Source: Eledone cirrhosa
Taxonomy: Eukaryota
DNA length: 64,000 nt
Reading direction: 5' to 3'
Assembly: GCA_964016885.1 (NCBI GenBank)
Contig: OZ024740.1
Span: 153,636,001 to 153,700,000, forward strand
The first letter of the stretch is position 1; each line of letters begins with the position of its first letter. The notes beneath the pieces are model-generated. The model had not been told where the DNA came from. It saw only the letters and a list, made by a program, of their open reading frames with translations, and did no database searches. A program made the position numbers and the translations under genes. Shown piece after piece: positions 24,019 through 37,549 of this stretch.

Positions 24019-26711
24019 ATGTTCTTAGTTAGAAATAAGGATAAGGACTTTTTAAGTTGTCAAAAAATGCGCATGGTTGGCTATTCAGACCACAAGTTAG
24101 TGACCTGCATGGTCAACCTTGACAGAACGCATAGACAGAGACGCGGTTACCGGAAGCTCAACTTGTCCTTACCGGCAAGTAAGGCTTACAGGGACCGGAT
24201 TAGCACTTTAGTTAAGGAGCGGTTGACGGGCGCCATCGTCAACAGCAGGTGGTGGGGATCTCTCAAAAGAGAGATTAGAGTAGTCTCTATAGAATTTAGT
24301 AAGGAGTTAACCTCAAATAGAAATAGGAAGGAAAGGGAGTTGGTAGATAGTGTAGAAGAGGCAATTAGAAGCAGCGACGTGGCCAGAGTGCTAGCGTCGA
24401 GAACGGCCGTGGGCCAGTTCTTCGACGCGAAACACGAAGGCTGCATTGTCCGAAGTAAAATACGTGCTCTGGGAAACGAGGGGACCAAAGCTGTTAGCTG
24501 GGCCCGCGTGACAGAAGCCAAAAGAGGGAGTAGATCCACTATCCGGTCTTTCAGATGTGCGAGGCTTTTCAAAAGCACTTTGCCAGATTGTTCGGAAGAG
24601 GCGGGGAGCCGGTTGGGGAAGTGGACTTCGGTCCATACCTCGACGGCCTGCCGCGTCTCCCGGACAGGGAGGCGAGGTCCTGCGAGGAGCCGATTTCAGC
24701 CGCTGAGATAGAGGACGTGCTGAGCCAATGCGGCAAACGCAAATCCCCCGGTCTCGATAGTCTTCCATACAAACTATATCTAGCTATGCCGGACGAGAAC
24801 AAGGGGGACGATATAAATAATTTCAGGCCCATAACTCTGCTAAATACAGAGTTACAGATTTTGGCCAAGGTGCTAGCAAAGAGGTTGGCGCTTGTCGTGG
24901 GCAACCTGGTGGGAGATGCGCAGACATGTGCTATCCCGTCCAGGTCCATCCACGAAAACCTCCACCTCATGCGATACATCATAGAGAGGGTTGGGAAGGA
25001 ACCCGGCTTTGGTGGGGCCCTGATCAACTTGAATCAATCTAAGACGTTCGATAGAGTCGACCATGGTTACCTGGGTGCGGTGCTAGCGGCGGCAGGCTTC
25101 GGACCCGTTTTCAGGGGCTGGACCAATGCCATGCACAGCAGCCGCATCTGCTCTAGGGTCAAGGTGCACGGCTACCTCTCGGAGCCGTTCGAAATCGCCC
25201 GGTCCATCCGACAAGAGTGCCCTCTCTCCTTCCTTCTGTATGTAATGACTCTAGAGCCACTGCTGCGGAAGTTGGAGTTGTTGCAGGGCATCCCGTTGGA
25301 ACCGGGATTGCGGAAAGCGGTGTCAGCCTACGCCGATCACGTAACAGTAATGGTGTCGACGGCCTCGGAAATCGAGGCGATCGGCACCTTACTGGAGGAG
25401 TACGAAAGGTTTACAGGGGCTAAGCTGAACCGGGACAAGTCGATCGGTCTGCAACTCGGCACGTGGAGGGGCAGATCGATGCCCTCCGATGGCGTCGTCG
25501 AGCGCTAGACGGAAGGCCCGGTGATGTTGCTCGGGGTCTGGTTCGGACCAGACCTCCAGGTGGAGAAGAACTGGGGTGAGGTAACGAACAGGGTGTTTGC
25601 ACTGACCCAGAAGTGGGCCGAGTGCAAACTGTCCCTGAAAGGTCGGGCGGAGGTGGCGAACACTTATATAGCGTCCGTCATCTACTACCGCCTGACCGTT
25701 GTGCCTTGCCCAAGGGAAACGCTCGCCAAAATGGAGCGAGCACTCTTCCAATTCCTTTGGAAGAATCGGGCTCCTATGGGGAGGAGATCCATCTGCTGTC
25801 AACACCCTTCGAAAGGAGGGCTGGGGATGCCGTGGCTAATGATACGTAAACACGCATTAAGGCTACGGCACCTTCAGGTATTCCTCTCCGTTCAAACGGT
25901 GTGGGCCCCGTTCATGAGGCGAGCCTTTCACAGACTCATCTCACTCACCGAGCTGCAATCCTGGGTCAAGCAAAGACCGAGAAAACTGGGCGCCTGGCAC
26001 ACCGAGTGTGCCCAGGCGCTCACGGCTCTCTGGCAGGCGAACTCGGCTGTCAGTGGAGAATACACCTCGTCATTCAATAGAGGGCTGGTGGTTAGCAGGT
26101 GCAACGACGCCCTCGGAGAATCCCTAGGCATGGAGGAAGACGAACTGGCCAACCTATTCGGTAGGACATTCAGCCCGGGACCCATGGATAACTTCCAGAG
26201 GTCCCTGGCCTGGCAATGCTACAGAAGGGCTCTGCCCGTTCGAGAAAGGCTCTACAGACACGGGCGCCCGGGTAGGGACCCCTCGAAAAAGATCTGTCCC
26301 AGATGCGTGTGCGACGAGGAAACCGTTGCACACGCATTGGTACACTGCTCGGGCATTGCCGATCTGTGGGGCTATGTCGAACAACTGCTGTCAAGGGTGG
26401 GACCGATCCGGTTGACCACCGAGTCTATTGTAACGATCAAGCCGCCTCCCCTCTTCAAAAACGAAGAAGAGGCGGTATTTCTGTGCGTAATAGCCATGGC
26501 GAAAGAGGTTGTATGGTGGACGCGTCTGAAAGGACTGAGGTCAGACACCTTTCTCTCTAGCCAACAACTGGTCCGTTCCTTCCGATATCATTTCGGAAGA
26601 AGGATCAGGATGGAGAGAGAGGTGCTGCACCCCAGCCGTTTTTATGAAAGATGGGTGAAAGTGGCGAGAATGGCCCGTGTGAATGGGCCTTCACTCTACA
26701 TCAGACTATAG
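24019..26711 (+). pseudogene. Tx1-type ORF2 (APE remnant, RT, zinc finger), disrupted
   Basis: YSDHKLV (APE C-terminus; most of the EN is missing), KSPGLDSLP, NFRPITLLNTELQILAKVLAKRL, KTFDRVDH, RQECPLS (for QGCPLS), AYADHVTV (for YADD), KGGLGMP, CPRCVCDEETVAHALVHC. Frameshift at ~24555, TAG at 25506, internal deletion near 24790. Confidence 0.92.
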
Positions 26712-27001
26712 GTGAGGAAGATGAAAGACCAAGGGAGCACCCCTTCTCTGTGCTCCTGAGGAAAAGGGTTGCACACTTTTTTTCGGGGGTGTGTGCGACC
26801 CCCCAAGGCGCCTCCTCTCTATTGAGGACTTTGTTATAAATTTTATTTTTTGTTATATTTTATTTTATTTTTATATATTGTTATTGCCTGCTCCTTATTG
26901 AGGACGCCTTGTTTTGTAGACTCCCCCCATTGTACTTGTCCCACTTTTTATGCCCTGGTGGCAAATAAAAGAAACATATCTATCTATCTTTCTATCTATC
27001 T

Positions 27002-27113
<112 letters not shown>

Positions 27114-27208
27114 TTCACACATATATATATACATAGTGCAAATTTGGACGGGAACAAAACAGAGGCAGACAAATAAAGGTTTATTAGGTTCACGCTCTTG
27201 AGAGTGGG

Positions 27209-27316
<108 letters not shown>

Positions 27317-27320
27317 TAAT

Positions 27321-27369
<49 letters not shown>

Positions 27370-27404
27370 CATGAGAAGATATATATATATATATATATAT
27401 ATAT

Positions 27405-27720
27405 TTCGTTCGTTTCTGAATTTGTTTAGCAAGATTCTTTATCTGAAAACGTGTGTTGAAACCGATATTGTTATACTTTGGGAGGGTCATGTTGCCAATA
27501 AGAAACACACGCACCAGTTACTTTCACTTCAATTTATTATAATAAATTTATAAATTTAGGAATTTATAAATTTCCGGTTGGTTGGCTGGTTCCACAACTA
27601 GATGATTGTTTATATATTGTCAAAGTTCTTTCGTCACACATTGTGACCTCTTCAGTGACTGTGGATTCTTTTCTTTGTTTTTGTGCCTCTCCTTTGTTCT
27701 GTCCTATGCCATCTTGTTTT
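27405..27720 (-). mobile_element. Diverged inverted partial pLTR of the PLE family, with degenerate HHR (~27618-27660)
   Basis: Reverse complement of the ~29095-29403 region with more substitutions; bounded by (TA)n and an A-run. Confidence 0.8.
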
Positions 27721-27722
27721 TT

Positions 27723-27793
<71 letters not shown>

Positions 27794-27935
27794 ATACTTT
27801 GGGAGGGTCATGTTGCCAATAAGAAACACAGGCACCAGTTGCTATCACTTCAATTTATTATATATTTATGAATTTACAAATTTATAAATTTCTGGTTGGT
27901 TGGTTGGTTCCACAACCAGATAGTTGTTTATATAT

Positions 27936-27980
27936 AGTCATAGTTCTTTCGTCACACACTCTGTGACCTCTTCAGTGACT
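27936..27980 (-). ncRNA. Hammerhead ribozyme motif (inverted pLTR)
   Basis: Reverse complement of 29154-29198. Confidence 0.8.
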
Positions 27981-28290
27981 GGGGATTCCTTTCTTTGTTT
28001 CTGTGCCTCCCCTTTGTTCTGTTCTACGCCATTTTGTTTCTGTGTGTGTGTTGTGTGCTCAGTCTGCGCATGCGCCACATCCGGGTGTCTGTGTGTGTTT
28101 ATGTTCATTTATCTATTTGTTTATTTACATGTTACTGGTTGGTTGTTCTATGTGTGTGTGTGTTTTCATTTTGTCCTTAATTGTAAGTTGTGATGTTGCT
28201 GTTCCACTCATACTTTCTATTTAATTTTGGTTGTAATTCTTTTATGTTTATTGCTTCTGTATAGAGGAGCCAGAACCAAATGGGAAAAAA

Positions 28291-28953
28291 ATGGTAAATA
28301 ATGACATAAATGGGACCTGCCCCTTGTATAGGAGCAAATTTTGGAATAGAATAGAAAGAACTAGGAACAAGGCTAATAGAATAAACTCATGGTATGATAG
28401 CAATAAATACCAGAGTGTAATGTTCATCGATACAACCCCTAGAGGTGAACTAGCTTACAAATTTAGAAGGGGCCTAAATAAACATAAACTCAATATTAAG
28501 ATAGTAGAAAGACCAGGTACCTCCGTAAAAACACTTATTAGCAAGACATACCCTTTTCAAAGACCCTCATGTATAGATAAGAAATGTGTAACCTGTAAAA
28601 TAAGCCCCCATATTAACTGTAAAACTAGAAATGTAGTGTATAGCATAAGATGTACTGAAGGACAATGTAGAGACAAAAATATAGTGTACATAGGTGAGAC
28701 AACTCGTAGTGTAGGGGAACGGATAAATGAACACTGGCGAGACCTTCAAGATAATAAAGAATCATCTGTACTCTACCAACATGCTAAGATAGAACACAAG
28801 GGTAAATTAGAGAACATAGAAATAAAAATAGAATCTACACACAGAAAAGACGCAATGTTTAGACAAATTACAGAGGCAATAAACATAAAAGAATTACAAC
28901 CAAAATTAAATAGAAAGTATGAGTGGAACAGCAACATCACAACTTACAATTAA
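28291..28953 (+). CDS. PLE C-terminal region: thumb end, Cys linker and intact GIY-YIG endonuclease (RT lost by 5' truncation)
   Basis: SVMFIDTTPRGEL..IKIVERPG..SCIDKKCVTC..NCKTRNVVYSIRCTEGQC..YIGETTRSVGERINEH..LYQHAKIEH..RQITEAINI..LNRKYEW: VVY/YIG motifs, catalytic R, E and N, and CCHH residues. No stops over 220 codons. Confidence 0.88.
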   Translation: MVNNDINGTCPLYRSKFWNRIERTRNKANRINSWYDSNKYQSVMFIDTTPRGELAYKFRRGLNKHKLNIKIVERPGTSVKTLISKTYPFQRPSCIDKKCVTCKISPHINCKTRNVVYSIRCTEGQCRDKNIVYIGETTRSVGERINEHWRDLQDNKESSVLYQHAKIEHKGKLENIEIKIESTHRKDAMFRQITEAINIKELQPKLNRKYEWNSNITTYN

Positions 28954-29153
28954 GGACAAAATGAAAACACACACACACATAGAACAAACAACCAACCAGT
29001 AACATGTAAATAAACAAATAGATAAATGAACATAAACACACACAGACACCCGGATGTGGCGCATGCGCAGACTGAGCACACAACACACACACAGAAACAA
29101 AATGGCGTAGGACAGAACAAAGGAGAGGCACAGAAACAAAGAAAGGAATCCCC

Positions 29154-29198
29154 AGTCACTGAAGAGGTCACAGAGTGTGTGACGAAAGAACTATGACT
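29154..29198 (+). ncRNA. Minimal type I hammerhead ribozyme motif (PLE pLTR)
   Basis: agtca-CTGAAGA-g-gtcaca/gagtg/tgtgac-GAAA-gaac-TA-tgact. Confidence 0.82.
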
Positions 29199-29401
29199 AT
29201 ATATAAATAACTATCTGGTTGTGGAACCACCCAACCAACCAGAAATGTATAAATTTGTAAATTCATAAATATATAATAAATTGAAGTGATAGCAACTGGT
29301 GCCTGGTTTCTTATTGGCAACATGACCCTCCCAAAGTATAACAATATCGGTTTCAACACACGATTTCAGATAAAGAATCTTGCTAAACAAATTCAGAAAC
29401 G

Positions 29402-29543
<142 letters not shown>

Positions 29544-29566
29544 TCTAACCACTAAGCCATGTGCCT

Positions 29567-30025
<459 letters not shown>

Positions 30026-30370
30026 ATATAAGTTAAAAATAACGATAGGCAAGAATTACTCTTAATTTATTCCATTTGACATGCGTTTCAATAGGTACAT
30101 GACGCCTTTACAGTTATGTAATCTTTTACGACTGTCACCGAACTCAGAATATATATATATATATTGCATATATGGATAGAAAATACAGCACGAAGGCTTA
30201 TAACTTATAAATTAGACTTTGCTATTTAAATCACGTTGTATAATGCTAAACATTAATGCTTTTCCCTGCCTTGCTTATGAATTAATCTCTCATATTTAGC
30301 TTAAAAAAAACAAACTTTATTCGAGCAGCACCGTTTTCCTTCTTTTCGTACGGCCTCCAAACCTCACAGT

Positions 30371-31030
30371 GGCACGCAGCTAGACAACAATAGCCTGCGC
30401 ATCGGCGTTTTCCTGAGGCTCGGCCTCCGTATCTGCGATCCACACCAATGTAGATGTGGATCCACCGTGGACTCTTTCAGCCTCCACCCGCTTTCCTATC
30501 GCCACAGTGCCGGCCGCCTTCCACGCCATGCTGCCTTCAACGAGGTCATAAATAATGGCTCGGACGCTGCAGGCTTCCCTTCTCAGATTGAGCCGGTGGG
30601 GCTGGACCGAGGGGACGGCAAAAGGCCAGATTGCATGACCATCTTCCCGTTCCGCTGTGGAAAACCCCTCGTCTGGGATGTCATTTGCACCGACACTTTC
30701 TGCAGGTGCAACCTGGTGCAGTCTGCGACTAATCCAGCTTCTGCTGCACGTCGGGTTGAGGCCAAACTCCTCAAATATCAGTCGCTCTCCGACAGGTTTG
30801 CGGTTGTACCCTTGGCAGTGGAGACTTCTGGTGTCATCGGCCCTAGAGCTACCTCCCTACTCGCCACCATAGGCGCTGAGCTGGCCAGCCGCAGGTGTGA
30901 GTCCCGCGAGTTGGAGTGGCTTTTCCAGCGCGTCTCCCTTGCCGTCCTCCGGGGAAACGCCTTCTCCATTCTGTCCGTCGGGGCTGTGGGGAGACAAGCC
31001 GATTATATTAAGAATTCTGTGGAGAGGTGA
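30371..31030 (+). pseudogene. 3' fragment of a CRE-like (R2-group) non-LTR retrotransposon: zinc finger + PD-(D/E)xK restriction-like endonuclease
   Basis: Frame open from 30371: GTQLDNNSLRIGVFLRLGLRICDPHQCRCG..HPLS..RHAAFNEVI..GKRPDCMT..LVWDVICTDT..KYQSL..VPLAVETSGVIG..LFQRVSLAVLRGNA. Confidence 0.82.
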
Positions 31031-31558
31031 TACTTGTGCTTGAAGCTTTTTTAAGTGAAAAGCCTTAATAGCTCACCTTATCAGAGCTACTGTCCTCCAA
31101 GATGACTACTAGGTGGCCATGTCTTGCTTACATACATTCCAACTTTGGTATGGTTTTTATGGCTAAATTCCACTTTATGTCTGTCATTTGCTGTTTATCG
31201 CCTGCTTACCTGACATTTGGAATATGCCTTCCCTAAATCTAATATTTGTTTCCCGAGGTGATTTGTGATATGTAATTGCAATGTTTTTTGATTTCTGTAA
31301 CTAATTAGTTAATCTGCAAATTGTTACAGATATTGTAATTACATATCGATAAATCGAAATATATATATATATATGCAAAAGTTTTATTTAAAATTGTTGG
31401 GTTACAAGAAGTAAATATTTTATAACTGATATAAAGCACTCGACAAGTTTTTGGAGTAGATATACGATATTAAACAAATGGAAACTATATTTATACTACC
31501 TTAATGGTCGCTATATTTATGGTACGTCAAAATTATTTATAAAACTGGTTATATATTG

Positions 31559-31624
31559 TATTTTATCTGACGAAGGCATGCCATATTTTTAATATGGTAT
31601 CCCTGAAATATGTATAATGAAATA
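31559..31624 (+). ncRNA. Type I hammerhead ribozyme motif in mini-PLE remnant
   Basis: tattttat-CTGACGA-agg..ccatatt/ttt/aatatgg..cct-GAAA-tatgta-TA-atgaaata. The downstream tail (31630-31670) has an inverted copy at 31460-31497; (TA)n follows. Confidence 0.78.
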
Positions 31625-31664
31625 AATATGGTTTTATAAATATAGTTTCCATTTGTTTAATATC

Positions 31665-31726
<62 letters not shown>

Positions 31727-32362
31727 TCAGCGAGAATCGCATTTCGGCGGATAGAAAAAGCGAAACGAAACGCAAATCAGAGTTATGCTGGCAAGCGCTC
31801 AATAGTTAAAAAAATAGAGCTAAACAATATGTTAAAACGCCATACAAACTGAAAAAGTGGTCAAGAAGGCATTAACCACCTAAGCCAAAAAACAAATCAA
31901 TCTAAACAGGTCAAACAAAATAAATGATTAAAACATTGGAATTTAAAATCCAAATGCAGGGTTTCTATGACACCTAAATCAATAATACTGTCTGCTTAAA
32001 ACTATAAGCTTTTGGTATAATGATCGAACAAGGAATATCACGTTATCAACAGGTATTTTTCTCTGTACCAACTTTGTAAATGACGTAAAGCCTTGTAAAA
32101 GCACATATGTAACTCACAAGGGGAAAAACCGCATATTTTGGCAAATGAATTCAGTATGTGTAAATCATGCAAAAAATTGCATAAATAGCACAAATCGAAT
32201 AAGCACTAAACCGGGTAGTTTTTAAAATAAACTTATGCAATTAATCTGTCAATGGAATTATTAACATGTTAATTGTGAGACTCGGGAGATTAATACAAAT
32301 ATAAATTCAGCGAGAATCGTATTTCGGCGGGTAGAAAAAGCGAAACGAAACGCAAATCAGAG

Positions 32363-32504
<142 letters not shown>

Positions 32505-32547
32505 GTACATACATATATGTATACAGACGTACAGTAGGTATATGCAA

Positions 32548-33685
<1,138 letters not shown>

Positions 33686-33951
33686 ATTTTGTAACTAACC
33701 TTACATAGATCGATATCGAAATATAGTTACGATGTATTATCATCACCTAGAAACGATCGTAAAGCAGTGGACTATATTTCTAATGACTTGATTTTTTATT
33801 TCATTGTTTTAACTTATATTATAACTCTGTTTTCCTTTTAATGTTTTATTGTTTTCCGGGATTTATTTTAACCTAAAACATTTTCAACATATGGATTACA
33901 TTGAGTTCTTCATGCAGACTAGATCCCACAACTTACCGTGGATACCTCTGA

Positions 33952-33995
<44 letters not shown>

Positions 33996-34570
33996 ATACA
34001 ATATCGGAGAAAGCTTTTTAGCGATACTCCGGCCAAATTCCAACTCACTCAACAAACATTAGGAAATAAGTGATTATATTCCCAATTATGCGTTCGGGGT
34101 GCTAACTAAAAGTATTGCGTGGAAAATTGGCTGTATTATTTCATATGAGAAATATCTAATATATCTCTTCCCAGACGGACGTCTCGTTTCATTATAGGAT
34201 TCCTACAAATTGGGTTAAATTATACCAATTTATGTAGGAGCTTGTATACCATCAATAGATATATATTCAAGTGGGCTCCTATAATTCATCAGTGGGTGCC
34301 CCAATAATACTAATATTGATAATCTAAACAACATCAGTATTTAGCGATAATCATCATCTGTACCTGAGGTATCTGTCAGGTTGCCAGTCCAGCAGTTCTA
34401 AAGAAATGCTCAAACTGATTCAAAAAATGAGGAAGTAAATTACCGCCAAAAAAACAATACAAGCGCATGACAATGAACTCTGAAAGGAATTCAGGCCACG
34501 TGCTAAGAACTCAATTGTAAATTGAAAAAATATCTATGTGTGTACAACATTTGATGACACACAGATATTT

Positions 34571-35409
<839 letters not shown>

Positions 35410-35921
35410 TGGCAGTATCGGTAGAAGGTCGGACGCCATGCTTTCCAGCATAGTTACGTCCCTTTACGATCTGAGTTCAAATCCCGCCGAGGTTGACTTT
35501 GCCTTTCATCCATACGGGGTCGATAAAATAAAGTACCAGTAATGCACTGGATAATTGCTGGCCTTGTGCCTAAAGTAGAAACAATTATTATATATATATA
35601 TATATATATATATCATAATTTTATATATATATATATATATAACATGTATATATAATTCAATTTAAGTAAAAACAAAATATTATACTTCAAATAATGTTAA
35701 TAATTCCTACGTCGGTTTCGATTTATCGAAATGTAATTAGTTCCAGAGTCTGAAGCTAGTTGTTGAAACGGCAAGAGTTCAGCCACCGGGGTCCAGACTC
35801 TTTATAATATAACTATACTCACTGCCACAAGTATCGAGTACTCTGTCGTATAATTCTGACCAGTTTTTTCAAACTGAATCCATCCCGATATATATATGTA
35901 TATTATATATATATACATATA

Positions 35922-36094
35922 TATTAGTATTGCTCTGAAATAGCGATGTATGCATGAATGTATGTATATTATATTTGGCATATACCGTATGTTTAATTAA
36001 AAACATTTTTTTAAATTAAACATACGGTATATTGCCAAATATACTATATATACATTCATGTATACATCGCTATTTCAGAGCACCAATACTAATA
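35922..36094. repeat. ~170-bp hairpin related to the 32.5-33.7 kb fold-back
   Basis: tattagtattgctctgaaatagcgatgta...gtttaatt pairs with aattaaac...tacatcgctatttcagagcaccaatactaata. Followed by another family segment (36129-36206, matching 33183-33258). Confidence 0.88.
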
Positions 36095-36289
36095 CCTAAT
36101 TTTTGCTGGACCGGCAATCGCTCCTGATTATTACTGGAATTCTATAAGAATCCAGCTTCTATAATTTTCGGCAAAGGCAGGTGAGTGCGTGGTCTTGATA
36201 AACGCCAAGCAGGGAGAAACAGCTGTTAGCCATTCTCAACACAGTTCGTGATTTGAACTCGCGAATTTTATATTCTCCGAGTGAGAATA

Positions 36290-36373
36290 ACCCTCTGACG
36301 AAAGTCTTCTTCTCAATGGATTTCCGCATGGATTATCCATGTATTTTGAGACTTGAAACCGCGCGGTAAGGGT
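36290..36373 (+). ncRNA. Type I hammerhead ribozyme motif, intact core
   Basis: accct-CTGACGA-aagtct...atggat..atccat...agactt-GAAA-ccgcgcgg-TA-agggt. Palindromic helix III (accgcgcggt), GUA triplet. Confidence 0.85.
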
Positions 36374-36769
36374 ACAGCAGGTACAGTGAACTTTTTAAAA
36401 TTTATTTTAAAACTGTTTCTTATTAGCTAAACCTTGATTATATATGTTCTGGCTCGTTAATTTATTAACCTGCCATAGAACCACATTGGCATACGGTTGG
36501 ATAATACATGTGTACCTATATGAAATTTGCATGTAGGGAAACATATTTTATTATTATTAATCTCCCTTGGTCGAGATAACATTTTGGTAGTTTTAACTGC
36601 TGCTATTTCTAGTGGCAGTACATTGACCTTTCCGACCCTGCCTTCTATCTTTACACACGGCACTAGACAAAATTGTTTCTTCATCATACACTCTCATCTC
36701 GGGAACAGTTCTGTATGGCGCCAGTTCGTGATTTGAACTCGGGAATTTTATATTCTCCGAGCGAGAATA

Positions 36770-36853
36770 ACCCTCTGACGAAAGTCTTCTTCTCAATGAA
36801 TTTACGCATGGATTATCCATTTATTTTGAGACCTAAAACCGCGCGGTAAGGGT
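36770..36853 (+). ncRNA. Second hammerhead copy with mutated core (GAAA to AAAA)
   Basis: Same layout but agacct-AAAA-ccgcgcgg-TA. The G12-equivalent is lost, so it is predicted inactive. Confidence 0.6.
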
Positions 36854-36920
36854 AATTACAGCAGGTACAGTGAACTTTTTAAAATTTATTTAAACATTTT
36901 TTCTTATTTGCTAAACCTTG

Positions 36921-36991
<71 letters not shown>

Positions 36992-37107
36992 TTTTCCTCG
37001 CGAGTCAGTTCTTTCGTTGCTACGGTCCCCGCGGCTGAATTACCGATCGCTATCTTCAATTTGCAGCTTGGCTGCACTTCTGAATACATTTGTTAGCTTA
37101 GCTGCGG

Positions 37108-37185
<78 letters not shown>

Positions 37186-37299
37186 GGAAGTACAGCATAG
37201 TCGAAGCTCGAGCCGCAGCTAAGCCAACAAATGCAATCAGAAGTGCAGCCAAGCACTCGATAAGGCATAAAACCTTAGAGCAATAACATTCCGTTTAAT

Positions 37300-37390
<91 letters not shown>

Positions 37391-37477
37391 GAGAAGAAAG
37401 AAGAATACTGCGTGGTTGCACATGGGTTACATATGAAAAAATTAGTCCCCCGTCAGTGATTTGCCAACCATCATTGG

Positions 37478-37549
<72 letters not shown>

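Larger units (their letters stand above)
22077..26976 (+). mobile_element. Near full-length, inactivated Tx1/L1-group LINE
   Basis: 5' UTR, ORF1 with CCHC knuckle, ORF2 with APE tail, RT and C-terminal zinc finger. The 3' UTR ends aataaaagaaaca. GC-rich relative to host; flanked by TATC repeats. Confidence 0.92.
36242..36930 (+). repeat. Direct-repeat pair (36242-36445, 36722-36930; period 480 bp), each with an HHR motif
   Basis: cagttcgtgatttgaactcg...tgaactttttaaaatt..ctaaaccttgattatatat repeated, with a ~275-bp unique interval, ending in (TA)n. Confidence 0.92.

Noticed and set aside
25506-25508. Programmed readthrough or selenocysteine in retroelement ORFs
   Set aside because: The stop is TAG at a likely Trp codon in an ORF that also has YADH and QECPLS lesions, which indicates ordinary decay. 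No in-frame TGA pattern was seen in the PLE ORFs.
24186-26394. Antisense ORFs overlapping the Tx1 ORF2
   Set aside because: Shadow ORFs of GC-rich coding sequence with no recognisable motifs.
35703-35730. Minus-strand GAAA-ccgacg-TA-ggaatt half-hammerhead
   Set aside because: No matching CUGANGA and helix I 5' strand was found; at best a truncated relic.
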